From: Pavona decussata
Taxonomy: Eukaryota
Direction of reading: 5' to 3'
NCBI GenBank assembly: GCA_977016875.1
Contig: CDRNST010000090.1
Location: forward strand, 682,001 to 746,000
Length of the DNA stretch: 64,000 bases
A program made the position numbers and the translations under genes. Positions 11,065 to 24,685 of the stretch are shown piece after piece (the stretch's first letter is position 1; every line of letters begins with the position of its first letter). The notes beneath the pieces are model-generated. The model made no database searches. It had not been told where the DNA came from and was given only the letters and a program-made list of their open reading frames with translations.

Positions 11065-14000
11065 TTGCAATTAAAGCAAATAACACTTGTCAAAATTATT
11101 CGTCTTCGTAACTTGCAATAAATCTGTGCATTATCAAGTACAGACGCAACGCAAAATAGAATGTATTTGTTAATTATTATTGTTGATGCAATAATGTTCA
11201 TGACCTACCCTTTGGGAATCTGATTTTGGTCTTTTATAATCTGTGCCTGTATAACCGGACTACAATTTGAAAAAATCAACTAACTGCATCATGCATTAAT
11301 GTTTAAGACCTACCCTTTGGGAATCTGATTTTGGTCGTTTATAATCTGTGCGCGTGTTCATTTGCTGTAATGTGACACTAATGTGAATTTTGTTTCTGCG
11401 CGTAGCATTGGATTTGTTCTATTGAATCGAAATGTTAAAGGTTTTCTTGGACGAAAATGAAGTATTATGTACTTTGTCAATAATCTTGTCAACCTGGTGG
11501 TGGATTCTTCTGCCATTTTGTTATATTTGTAAACAAATCTTAACGTTGTTGCATTCTTCATAGGAAAATATTCTTGGAGGTAACAATTATAAACACAAAA
11601 CATTGAACATATGTTAACTTCTTAAAATGAAAAGAATTGTTTGTTTAGTTATTTAACAGTATTATGTGAGTCTTTGTAACAATCACAGTTCTTACAATCT
11701 ATTGCACATTTCACAACATACAAGGAAAAAATTTTATATATGTAATATACATTTTTGTTTGTATGTAATTTAAAATATGGTAGTTGCTGATATTTAAGAT
11801 CCAATTTTTATACAAATTGGTCAAAAAAAAAAAACCAAACAAACAAACCAAAGGAAAAGTTAAAAAAATTTAAATGGAAGTGAATAATAATATGGATAAT
11901 TTTGCTCAGTTGATAAGTGAAGACTCGGAGAAGTACTTTTGATAAAAAAGTTTAGTTGGCTTTTTTGCCCTAATACATAGCATTTACCTTATTGTTTTTC
12001 TTCGGCATTTATGCAATTATAACAATGTTCTTGGTTGTTATATGGTTCATTTTCAATTGGAAAGAAGCGTGGTTTTAACTGCTATGGGAGGACGTGTGGT
12101 TTTAACGACTTGGTGGACGGTGTTTGTGCATGCTGGTACCGCTGTCCAGTTTCTCGTGGCAGATGGCAATGGCTGTATTGTGGGTATTTGGGGTACCTGA
12201 AATACAAAGACCAAAAACTAGTCAGCTGACCAGAATTCTTCGTTTCCGCCTCGCTGGGATTGCAACATTTTTGGTGATGGAGAGTCCAGTAACTCACAAG
12301 TGAACTGAGTTTGAATTCATGTCGTTGGGTGGAAAGACTGCGACTTGAACCTTGCGTGCATACTGGCTAGTAAGGGGTCACACCAATCTTCATCCTGAAA
12401 CTTACTTTTCTTCTCCTTCTGTTCAGAAAGCACAAAGAAAAACCAGGACCCGGGAAGGACATTGGTTCGAAATTCGAGAGGTGGTGCCAATATGAACGAT
12501 TATGAGATTACTGACAAATTTGCCAAACGAGGATGCAAAATGAATGCCTGGCTGATGCTGTAAATAATAAATCCCTTGGCCGTTTCCAACGGCTTCCCCT
12601 TTAACGGCCAATTTATACTACAACAAGAGAAAAAGAAATCGACCAACAAATTGCAACGGTGAATTGGCCTATGCGATTAAACTAGATAATCGGGCCTTTG
12701 GCCTTAAGAGTGGGTTCCAATAAATTCAGCAGCGAATGTTCGCTGCATCATCAACATCATCGTCATTATAATCGTCATCATTATCATCAAAACGGCACTT
12801 TATAAATTGATGAACGGATAATTACAAGATACATCTTTTCCTTTAGTATTAAGTCATGATTGGTTTCTTGACTTATTTTGAAATGTACAGAAAAAAACAA
12901 ATCAAAATATACAGAATACAATGTAAATACTGTAAGAAGCCACTAAATAGAAGCTAATACGTATGTTATAAATCTATATATGAACAGTAGAACAACTTAC
13001 TAATTATTAAAGCAGTTATGATTTTTATGAATTTTTACCTGTTAACTAAATGCTTAACAGGATTTAATTGATATAAGCTACTTGTATATTTTAATATTAA
13101 GTTAGCTATATGTTCATCGAAAGTTGCATGTGAATAAGCCCCAATTTTTTTCCAGAAAGGGATTAAGTACTGGTATTAATTCAATGTCGTACAGAGAATT
13201 GATATAGATGTTGTTTCTGCGAATAGTATTGGATCTGTTTTACGGAATAAAAATGCTGGATGTTATTTTGGAGTTACTTTGGATGAAGTTGGTTCAACTG
13301 TTGTGGGTGATGTGCCCGTCTAGTTGTCTTGGGTTGCACTACAGATGTGGTTTCGGCCAACTAAGCAAATGGTTTCTTGTACTTATGAAGATGTTTACGA
13401 TTTCTTGTGTACAGTTTGCCATTTCAGTCCGTAGTTTATATGAGGAAATGTCAATTTTTCCTTTAACATGGGTTTTGAACCACCTCCGTTTTCTGACAAC
13501 TTGTTTAAAGGAACTGCGCAAATTTTTTCCTTACTGTAAAAGTGGCACTTGTTTGCTGATACCGTTGTAGTAGTTGGTTTGTTGGAACTTCTGCTTTATC
13601 AGCTTTTTTTCACATCTGCTTGGATCTTTTGTTTTAACAACAAACTGCTGGTGGGAAGCAGTGTTCTTGTTTGCAGTTATCTTGTTCAGCGACCAAAGAT
13701 TTTTTGTGTCTGCTGCTGTCGAAAGAAATACAACATCTTTTGGAAGGGTTCTCACGATTGACAAAAAGACGATGACACACTCCAAACGCAAACTAAACGA
13801 CCTACCGTTTGGGAATTTTATTTTGGTGTTTTATAATCTGTGCCTCTATAACCGGACTACAATTTGAAAACCATTAACTAACTGCATCAGAGAGGCAATT
13901 TCTGTCTGTTTTCTTCTGCTTCTGATATGTCTTGTCGAGTGCGAAGGAGAGCATTTTCTTTTTCCTCTAATCCTTTTTCAGTCTGAACCAACTCGTCTTG

Positions 14001-17000
14001 GAACTTGGTTTGCACGGTGTTAAGGAGGGTGTGGAATAAATGCAAGCCTAGTTTGAGATGCATTACTTTGTTTTTCAATTTGAGCCTGTGTTCTGAAAAT
14101 ACTTAATAACTGGGGCTTGTGTAACAGCAGTTTTGGAGACTGGAAGGCAAATTGGGATGATTCATCTTTGTACGGTCGAGTTCCTTACTTGTAACTTTGT
14201 TTAATGAGATTGAATCTTGCAACTTATCTTTAGTAATGTTATAGTGTGTTTTTTGGATAGTACAGGAGAGAACCAATAATTGTTGCTGTTAGCGCTCATT
14301 CCTTAGTAAGCTGTACAGAAGGCGTCTACATATTGGGCAGATTAGACTGCCAAGCAGCAAATGTTCGCTGCATCATCATCATCATCATCATCGTCATTAT
14401 CGTCAAATGTCAACTTTTCTTTTAAAATGCGTTTTGGACTACTTCCCTTTTCTGAAAACTTGTTGAAAAGAACTGCGCACATTTTTTCCTTACTGTAAAA
14501 GTGGCACTTGTTTGCTGATACGGTTGTAGTAGTTGGTTTGTTTATACTTTTGCTTTATCAGCTTGTCATTCACATCTGTTTGGATCTTTTGTTTTAACAA
14601 CGAACTGCTGGTGGGGTAAAGAAGTTCTCGACAAAGCTTTCCAATTTATCAATACGGTACTCTTCCGCCAAAAGGGGGCTCCGGTAGCGTTTGGTCAATA
14701 GACTACTGTTGCGTAGCCAAGAGGTTGTTTCATAACTTTTCGACGATAAAACGGGTTTGAAAGCTGATCCAATACGACGGAGGTTTGGATCAAAATTTTT
14801 CGTTCAGGTATCCTGGTTCCCTGCAATTTCTGCCTGCATCACATGTTCGTCTCGTGTATTTGCTATAATTTGGTTGCAGGTCTCCTCAAGTTGTTTCAAT
14901 AGCCTTTGCCTTCTTTCTTCTCCTTCTGATATCCGTTGTCGAGTGCGAAGGGGGCGCTCTCTTTCTCCTTTAATCCCCTCTCAGAGGAAGAAAACATATT
15001 ACGCAGATGCCACTGCCAAGTAGCAAAATCAATCCATATCCGAGAAGGTTTGAGTAGTTCTTTGGGGCATTCATCGTTCCATATTCTTCTATATCTTACT
15101 ATATTCTTCTATATCCTTTATATTCTAAAAATCGTTCTTCTTTGTAACTTGCAATAAATTTGTACAGATGCAACGCAAAATGGAATCTATTTGTTAATTT
15201 TTGTTGTTGATGCATTAATGTTCAACACTTACCCTTTGGGAATCTGATGTTGGTCTTTTAGAATTTTTGCCTCTATAAGTGGACTGCAATTCGAAAAAAC
15301 ATCAGTTTACTCCTTGGCTGTAGTTTGCAATTAAAGCAAATAACACTTGTCAAAATTATTCGTCTTCGTAACTTGCAATAAATCTGTGCATTATCAAGTA
15401 CAGACGCAACGCAAAATAGAATGTATTTGTTAATTATTATTGTTGATGCAATAATGTTCATGACCTACCCTTTGGGAATCTGATTTTGGTCTTTTATAAT
15501 CTGTGCCTGTATAACCGGACTACAATTTGAAAAAATCAACTAACTGCATCATGCATTAATGTTTAAGACCTACCCTTTGGGAATCTGATTTTGGTCTTTT
15601 ATAATCTGTGCGCGTGTTCATTTGCTGTAATGTGACACTAATGTGAATTTTGTTTCTGCACGTAGCATTGGATTTGTTCTATTGAATCGAAATGTTCAAG
15701 GTTTTCTTGGACGAAAATGAAGTATTATGTACTTTGTCAATAATCTTGTCAACCTGGTGGTGGATTCTTCTGCCATTTTGTTATATTTGTAAACAAATCT
15801 TAACGTTGTTGCATTCTTCATAGGAGAATATTCTTGGAGGTAACAATTATAAACACAAAACATTGAACATATGTTAAGTTCTTAAAATGAAAAGAATTGT
15901 TTGTTTAGTTATTTAACAGCATTATGTGAGTCTTTGTAACAATCACAGTTCTTACAATCTATTGCACATTTCACAACATACAAGGAAAAAATTTTATATA
16001 TGTAATGTACATTTTTGTTTGTATGTAATTTAAAATATGGTAGTTGCTGATATTTAAGATCCAATTTTTATACAAATTGGTCAAAAAAAAAAAAAACCAA
16101 AGGAAAAGTTAAAAAAATTTAAATGGAAGTGAATAATAATATGGATAATTTTGCTCAGTTGATAAGTGAAGAGTCGGAAAAGTACTTTTGATGAATAAGT
16201 TTAGTTGGCTTTTTTGCCCTAATACATAGCATTTACCTTATTGTTTTTCTTCGGCATTTATGCAATTATAACATATGTTCTTGGTTGTTAAATGGTTCAT
16301 TTTCAATTGGAAAGAAGCGTGGTTTTAACTGCTATGGGAGGACGTGTGGTTTTAACGACTTGGTGGACGGTGTTTGTGCATGCTGGTACGGCTGCCCAGT
16401 TTCTCGTGGCAGATGGCAACGGCTGTATTGTGGGTATTTGGGGTCCCTGAAATACAAAGACCAAAAACTAGTCAGCTGACCAGAATTCTTCGTTTCCGCC
16501 TCGCTGGGATTGCAACATTTTTGGTGATGGAGAGTCCAGTAACTCACAAGTGAACTGAGTTTGAATTCATGTCGTTGGGTGGAAAGACTGCGACTTGAAC
16601 CTTGCGTGCATACTGGCTAGTAAGGGGTCACACCAATCTTCATCCTGAAACTTACTTTTCTTCTCCTTCTGTTCAGAAAGCACAAAGAAAAACCAGGACC
16701 CGGGAAGGACATTGGTTCGAAATTCGAGAGGTGGTGCCAATATGAACGATTATGAGATTACTGACAAATTTGCCAAACGAGGATGCAAAATGAATGCCTG
16801 TCTGATGCTGTAAAATAATAAATCCCTTGGCCGTTTCCAACGGCTTCCCCTTTAACGGCCAATTTATACTACAACAAGAGAAAAAGAAATCGACCAACAA
16901 ATTGCAACGGTGAATTGGCCTATGCGATTAAACTAGATAATCGGGCCTTTGGCCTTAAGAGTGGGTTCCAATAAATTCAGCAGCGAATGTTCGCTGCATC

Positions 17001-17017
17001 ATCAACATCATCGTCAT

Positions 17018-17200
17018 TGTAATAATAATACCGACATCCTATTTTGATTGACATGTAATTTAATACTCTACTACAATGTATTGTATCAGCGACGTCTCCA
17101 ATAGGATATATAGTTTAATAAACCCATGGTCTAGTCAACTACTCTGTCCGTCCACTACCCTTTTTCCGAAACCTATTCGTTAACAACCCAGATCATTACA
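17018..17200 (+). mobile_element. Solo LTR, 183 bp
   Basis: TGTAAT...ATTACA termini; 5-bp TSD GTCAT at 17013-17017 and 17201-17205; AATAAA at 17117; site is empty in the other units. Confidence 0.9.
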
Positions 17201-19563
17201 GTCATTATAATCTTCATCATTATCATCAAAACGGCACTTTATAAATTGATGAACGGATAATTACAAGATACATCTTTTCCTTTAGTATTAAGTCATGATT
17301 GGTTTCTTGACTTATTTTGAAATGTACAGAAAAAAACAAATCAAAATATACAGAATACAATGTAAATACTGTAAGAAGCCACTAAATGAAAGCTAATACG
17401 TATGTTATAAATCTATATATGAACAGTAGAACAACTTACTAATTATTAAAGCAGTTATGATTTTTATGAATTTTTACCTGTTAACTAAATGCTTAACAGG
17501 ATTTAATTGATATAAGCTACTTGTATATTTTAATATTAAGTTAGCTATATGTTCATCGAAAGTTGCATGTGAATAAGCCCCAATTTTTTTCCAGAAAGGG
17601 ATTAAGTACTGGTATTAATTCAATGTCGTACAGAGAGTTGATATAGATGTTGTTTCTGCGAATAGCATTGGATCTGTTTTACGGAATAAAAATGCTGGAT
17701 GTTATTTTGGAGTTACTTTGGATGAAGTTGGTTCAACTGTTGTGGGTGATGTGCCCGTCTAGTTGTCTTGGGGTTGCACTACAGATGTGGTTTTGGCCAA
17801 CTAAGCAAATGGTTTCTTGTACTTATGAAGATGTTTACGATTTCTTGTGTACAGTTTGCCATTTCAGTCCGTAGTTTATATGAGGAAATGTCAATTTTTT
17901 CTCTAACATGGGTTTTGAACCGCCTCCGTTTTCTGACAACTTGTTTAAAGGAACTGCGCAAATTTTTTCCTTACTGTAAAAGTGGCACTTGTTTCCTGAT
18001 ACCGTTGTAGTAGTTGGTTTGTTGGAACTTCTGCTTTATCAGCTTTTTTTCACATCTGCTTGGATCTTTTGTTTTAACAACAAACTGCTGGTGGGAAGCA
18101 GTGTTCTTGTTTGCAGTTATCTTGTTCAGCGACCAAAGATTTTTTGTGTCTGCTGCTGTCGAAAGAAATACAACATCTTTTGGAAGGGTTCTCACGATTG
18201 ACAAAAAGACCATGACACACTCCAAACGCAAACTAAACGACCTACCGTTTGGGAATTTTATTTTGGTGTTTTATAATCTGTGCCTCTATAACCGGACTAC
18301 AATTTGAAAAACATTAACTAACTGCATCAGAGAGGCAATTTCTTTCTGTTTTCTTCTGCTTCTGATATGTTTTGTCGAGTGCAAAGGAGAGCATTTTCTT
18401 TTTCCTCTAATCCTTTTTCAGTCTGAACCAACCCGTCTTGGAACTTGGTTTGCACGGTGTTAAGGAGGGTGTGGAATAAATGCAAGCCTAGTTTGAGATG
18501 CATTACTTTGTTTTTCAATTTGAGCCTGTGTACTGAAAATACTTAATAACTGGGGCTTGTGTAACAGCAGTTTTGGAGACTGGAAGGCAAATTGGGGTGA
18601 TTCATCTTTGTACGGTCGAGTTCCTTACTTGTAACTTTGTTTAATGAGATTGAATCTTCCAACTTATCTTTAGTAATGTTATAGTGTGTTTTTGGATAGT
18701 ACAGGAGAGAACCAATAATTGTTGCTGTTAGCGCTCATTCCTTAGTAAGCTGTACAGAAGGCGTCTACATATTGGGCAGATTAGACTGCCAAGCAGCAAA
18801 TGTTCGCTGCATCAACATCATCATCATCACCATCGTCATTATCGTCAAATGTCAACTTTTCCTTTAAAATGCGTTTTGGACTACTTCTCTTTTCTTAAAA
18901 CTTGTTTAAAAGAACTGCGCACATTTTTTCCTTACTGTAAAAGTGGCGCTTGTTTGCTGATACGGTTGTAGTAGTTGGTTTGTTTATACTTTTGCTTTAT
19001 CAGCTTGTCATTCACATCTGTTTGGATCTTGTGTTTTAACAACGAACTGCTGGTGGGGTGAAGAAGTTCTCGACGAAGCTTTCCAATTTATAGATACGGT
19101 ACTCTTCCGCCAAAAGGGGGCTCCTGTAGCATTTGGTCAATAGACTACTGTTGCGTAGCCAAGAGGTTGTTTCATAACTTTTCGACGATAAAACGGGTTT
19201 GAAAGCTGATCCAATACGACGGAGTTTTGGATCAAAATTTTTCGTTCAGGTATCCTGGTTCACTGCAATTTCTGCCTGCATCACATGTTCGTCTCGTGTA
19301 TTTGCTATAATTTGGTTGCAGGTCTCCTCAAGTTGTTTCAATAGCCTTTGCCTTCTTTCTTCTCCTTCTGATATCTGTTGTCGAGTGCGAAGGGGGCGCT
19401 CTCTTTCTCCTTTAATCCCCTCTCAGAGGAAGAAAACATATTACGCAGATGCCACTGCCAAGTAGCAAAATCAATCCATATCCGAGAAGGTTTGAGTAGT
19501 TCTTTGGGGCTAACTTCATAGCCGCAGGCTTTTGTTAGATGTAATCTATCAAACTATGAAGTT

Positions 19564-19800
19564 AATTATGCGGAAATTGCCATGGCAACGCATAATTTAT
19601 TCAAGTCACGCTATAGCGTGACCCTAATTTATGCATAAAATTGCATAATTATTACCTAATTAAATTAATATGTTAATGTATGATGATGTCATAATATAAT
19701 TATTATGATGTCATTATTAGATTATTATAGGATGATATAGGCTGCCGTAGTAGGCAACCAATCATACACAATGGGCAAGCCCCTCACGCTACTATATACA
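19564..19800 (+). promoter_or_regulatory. Hairpin-rich promoter-like region of the cassette
   Basis: RFX X-box-like TTGCCATGGCAAC; palindrome GTCACGCTATAGCGTGAC at 19605-19622; two ATGATGTCAT motifs; CCAAT at ~19758; TATA-like box at ~19792 (TATATAAA in copy 3). Confidence 0.55.
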
Positions 19801-19828
19801 GCGTGACTTGACCCAGACGTGACATACT

Positions 19829-20449
19829 ATGCTACATATTGTTGACGGAATAGTATTTGAAACAATGGCTGCTTCTTTTGACGGTTATAAGGATACTTCT
19901 GGCTATGTGTTCAAACCCTTTGTACATCCAAAGGATTGTGAAGGTTGTAGCGGCAAAGAATGCGAAGAAGAAGACGAAATGCACTTTTATCATCCCTATG
20001 AACACGTTCCAAGAACGCGTAAATGGTTGGAAGATATCCAATTCGACTCTGAGAGGGAATACGAGAAGCGTCACAATGTTCCCGAGACACAAGAGGTCAT
20101 GCAAACTCCAGACATGGATTCCAGCGATGAAGACGATATTATTATCGTCAAAGAGATGGAAAAGATCGAGCAAGACAAGCCAGATGGGCCTTTGGATGCT
20201 TTTAAAGCTCTGATGCAAGGCGCTAAGGACAAGAAAGAGGACAAGAAAGCGGAAAAGCCCAAGAAAAAACGTATGTCTCTTTCTGTTGTTACTTCTAAAG
20301 CTTGTCGCGTTACTTTTAAAAGTGACTGCAAGGTCACGGATTTGAAAATTAAAACCGGTGAAAAGAAATACCCACTCAAAGAGCAAGGTGTATTTTATTA
20401 CATTGATGACAAGGGCAATTACGTATATGACCTTGAGTTTAATAATTAA
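19829..20449 (+). CDS. Hypothetical 206-aa acidic/Lys-rich protein with PKKKR NLS-like motif
   Basis: Uninterrupted ORF downstream of CCAAT/TATA; good Kozak context at the second ATG (acaATGG); no family recognised. Confidence 0.6.
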   Translation: MLHIVDGIVFETMAASFDGYKDTSGYVFKPFVHPKDCEGCSGKECEEEDEMHFYHPYEHVPRTRKWLEDIQFDSEREYEKRHNVPETQEVMQTPDMDSSDEDDIIIVKEMEKIEQDKPDGPLDAFKALMQGAKDKKEDKKAEKPKKKRMSLSVVTSKACRVTFKSDCKVTDLKIKTGEKKYPLKEQGVFYYIDDKGNYVYDLEFNN

Positions 20450-20502
20450 ACTCGCACTCTGTCACTATGCACTCTCTCACCATTGCGTTATTGTAACTGT
20501 AG

Positions 20503-20804
20503 GAAGGTTGATTGACCCTTAACCAGATGCTGAAGTGTGTGTCTGGAATTCTGATGAGGAATTGTTGCACGAAGACCCTATTCGTACTTGTAAAGTGACT
20601 AAACGCTTTAAAAGAGAGCATGAAATTGTTTATTTCTGCGATTGTGCCTTCCACTATGGCACACTTTATTCTTTTGATAATCATGATCAAGCTCATTTGA
20701 TTTGTGAAGGCGCTAAGAATAGAATGCAGAAGGAACAACCCGATATGTTTAGAGAGTTGGATTTCCTGTATGTGGCTAATGTCAAACGTATTAATGTCTT
20801 TTAG
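20503..20804 (+). pseudogene. Second cassette coding segment (~100 codons), probably a spliced exon with one early stop
   Basis: Follows a ttgtaactgtag acceptor-like site; frame reads RLIDP*PDAEVCVWNSDEE...KRINVF. Confidence 0.35.
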
Positions 20805-23243
20805 GTAACTACTTCTCAGAGCATTACCGTGACATGTTAATATTAACATTGGATTTAATAGTTTACTACTGTTTCATTTATTATGTATGCTTTAATGTAT
20901 TATCATACATTATAAATCTATTTTAATGTTGTAGATGATGTCGATGGTTATTGCTGTATTAAGTTAACCTATGACGCAGACTTTGATTACGAGCTGCCAT
21001 TTACATGTCATTATCCTCATTTTACTTGATGGCCTTGACAGCTAGTTGTCAAGATATGTCCATATATGTATTAGGAAATTAGGCCACACACCACCAAGAT
21101 GGGGTTGTAGCCTTGAATTTCATCATTAAATATTCAAAATGGAGTCAAAGGCACGTGTTGTTACATGTTATGAATAGTTAATGTGCACCCTGTCACTCGC
21201 ACTACACTTCGTGACCCTATATTCTTCTATATCCTTTATATTCTAAAAATCGTTCTTCTTTGTAACTTGCAATAAATTTGTACAGACGCAACGCAAAATG
21301 GAATCTATTTGTTAATTTTTGTTGTTGATGCATTAATGTTCAACACTTACCCTTTGGGAATCTGATGTTGGTCTTTTAGAATTTTTGCCTCTATAAGTGG
21401 ACTGCAATTCGAAAAAACATCAGTTTACTCTTTGGCTGTAGTTTGCAATTAAAGCAAATAACACTTGTCAAAATTATTCGTCTTCGTAACTTGCAAGAAA
21501 TCTGTGCATTATCAAGTACAGACGCAACGCAAAATAGAATGTATTTGTAATTATTATTGTTGATGCAATAATGTTCATGACCTACCCTTTGGGAATCTGA
21601 TTTTGGTCTTTTCTAATCTGTGCCTGTATAACTGGACTACAATTTGAAAAAATCAACTAACTGCATCATGCATTAATGTTTAAGACCTACCCTTTGGGAA
21701 TCTGATTTTGGTCTTTTATAATCTGTGCGCGTGTTCATTTGCTGTAATGTGACACTAATGTGAATTTTGTTTCTGCGCGTAGCATTGGATTTGTTCTATT
21801 GAATCGAAATGTTGAAGGTTTTCTTGGACGAAAATGAAGGATTATGTACTTTGTCAATAATCTTGTCAACCTGGTGGTGGATTCTTCTGCCATTTTGTTA
21901 TATTTGTAAACAAATCTTAACGTTGTTGCATTCTTCATAGGAAAATATTCTTAGAGGTAACAATTATAAACACAAAACATTGAACATATGTTAACTTCTT
22001 AAAATGAAAAGAATTGTTTGTTTAGTTATTTAACAGTATTATGTGAGTCTTTGTAACAATCACAGTTCTTACAATCTATTGCACATTTCACAACATACAA
22101 GGAAAAAATTTTATATATGTAATGTACATTTTTGTTTGTATGTAATTTAAAATATGGTAGTTGCTGATATTTAAGATCCAATTTTTATACAAATTGGTCA
22201 AAAAAAAAAACAAAAACAAACCAAAGGAGAAGTTAAAAAAATTTAAATGGAAGTGAATAATAATATGGATAATTTTGCTCAGTTGATAAGTGAAGAGTCG
22301 GAGAAGTACTTTTGATGAATAAGTTTAGTTGGCTTTTTTGCCCTAATACATAGCATTTACCTTATTGTTTTTCTTCGGCATTTATGCAATTATAACATAT
22401 GTTCTTGGTTGTTATATGGTTCATTTTCAATTGGAAAGAAGCGTGGTTTTAACTGCTATGGGAGGACGTGTGGTTTTAACGACTTGGTGGACGGTGTTTG
22501 TGCATGCTGGTACCGCTGTCCAGTTTCTCGTGGCAGATGGCAACGGCTGTATTGTGGGTATTTGGGGTCCCTGAAATACAAAGACCAAAAACTAGTCAGC
22601 TGACCAGAATTCTTCATTTCCGCCTCGCTGGGATTGCAACATTTTAGGTGATGGAGAGTCCAGTAACTCACAAGTGAACTGAGTTTGAATTCATGTCGTT
22701 GGGTGGAAAGACTGCGACTTGAACCTTGCGTGCATACTGGCTAGTAAGGGGTCACACCAATCTTCATCCTGAAACTTACTTTTCTTCTCCTTCTGTTCAG
22801 AAAGCACAAAGAAAAACCAGGACCCGGGAAGGACATTGGTTCGAAATTCGAGAGGTGGTGCCAATATGAACGATTATGACATTACTGACAAATTTGCCAA
22901 ACGAGGATGCAAAATGAATGCCTGTCTGATGCTGTAAAATAATAAATCCCTTGGCCGTTTCCAACGGCTTCCCCTTTAACGGCCAATTTATACTACACCA
23001 AGAGAAAAAGAAATCGACCAACAACTTGCAACGGTGAATTGGCCTATGCGATTAAACTAGATAATCGGGCCTTTGGCCTTAAGAGTGGGTTCCAATAAAT
23101 TCAGCAGCGAATGTTCACTGCATCATCAACATCATCGTCATTATAATCGTCATCATTATCATCAAAACGGCACTTTATAAATTGATGAACGGATAATTAC
23201 AAGATACATCTTTTCCTTTAGTATTAAGTCATGATTGGTTTCT

Positions 23244-24685
23244 CTGAGAACTAACAGTCTTCCCAAAAAACTTTAAAATTCCAGTAATCGCATCCCCTCT
23301 TCGGTAATACTACTAAAAGACACAACTGGTTCCTGCTTGAGGCAAGTATGGCCAAGCAACAAAACAGTGGATATTCAAGACATTTGTAATTGTTCCAGTT
23401 GGCGCTCATCCTTTAGTAAGCTGTAGAGAGCTGAGGGTGTAGACATATTAGGCAGATGCGACTGCCAAGCAGCAAAATCAATCCATATCGGTCTTTTATA
23501 ATCTTTGCCTCTATAACCGCACTACAATTCGAAAAAAAGAAGTCAGCTAACTCTTTGGCTGTAGTTTGTATTGTTCTATATCCTTTAGATTCTAAATAAT
23601 CATTCGTCTTTGTAACTTGCAATAAATCTGTGCATTATCAGAGTACAGATGCAACGCAAAATGGAATGTATTTGTTAATTATTATTGTTTATGCATTAAT
23701 CTTCAACACCTACCCTTTGCGAATCTGCTGCTTTTGATCTTTTATAATCTTTGCCTCTATAACCGGACTACAATTCGAACAAAATCAGCTAACTGCATCA
23801 GAGAAGCAGTTCCTGTCTGTTAAGTCAAGATTGGTTTCTCTGAGAACAAACAGTCTTTCAAAAGAACTCTGAAATTCCAGTAACCGCATCCCCTCTTTTG
23901 TAGTACTGCTAAAAGTGACAATTGGTTCCTACTTGAGGCAAGTATGGCCAAGCAACAAAACACTGGATATCCGAGACATTTGTAATTGTTCTTGTTAGCG
24001 TTCATTCCTTAGTAAGCTGTACAGACAGTGTCGACATATTGGGCAGATGCGACTGCCAAGCAGCAAAATCAATCCATATCCGAGAAGATTTGAGTAGTTC
24101 TTTAGGGCGTTCATTGTTTTATATCCTTCTATATTTTTCTATATTCTTCTATATCTTCCTCTATTCTTCTATATCCTTTATATTCTTAAAATCGTCCTTC
24201 TTTGTAACTTGCAATAAATCTGTGCATTATCAGAGTACAGACGCAACGCAAAATGGAATCTATTTGTTAATTTTTGTTGTTGATGCATTAATGTTTGACA
24301 CTTACTCTTTGGGAATCTGATTTTGGTCTTTTATAATCTTTGCCTCTATAATCGGATTACAATTCGAAAAAACATCAGTTAACTCCTTGGCTGTAGTTTG
24401 CAATTCAAGCAAATAACACTTGTCAAAATTATTCGTCTTCGTAACTTGCAATAAATCTGTGCATTATCATGTGTTTCTGTTAGCGCTCATTCCTTAGTAA
24501 GCTGTACAGAAGGTGTCGACATATTGGGCAGATGCGACTGTCAATGCAGCAAATGTTCACTGCATCATCAACATCATCGTCATTATAATCGTCATCATTA
24601 TCATCAAAACGGCACTTTATAAATTGATGAACGGATAATTACAAGATACATCTTTTCCTTTAGTATTAAGTCATGATTGGTTTCT
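23244..24685. repeat. 1442-bp extra block of the long array units, built from paralogous pieces of the same pseudogene family
   Basis: Bounded by a 134-bp direct repeat (23110-23243 and 24552-24685); contains three more RRM-exon copies. Confidence 0.85.

Larger units (their letters stand above)
19511..21216 (+). mobile_element. 1706-bp orphan cassette inserted in the array unit (copy 1), possibly virus- or Polinton-derived
   Basis: Absent from units 1-2; replaces 30 bp of target; no TSD or TIR. Confidence 0.85.

Noticed and set aside
10497-18518. Many recurring 60-120-aa ORFs in the array
   Set aside because: Recurrence reflects DNA duplication; most are antisense to, or off-frame from, the decayed minus-strand exons.
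19832-20386. 184-aa antisense ORF and other frames overlapping the cassette ORF
   Set aside because: Hydrophobic shadow frames of the charged plus-strand ORF, with no independent support.
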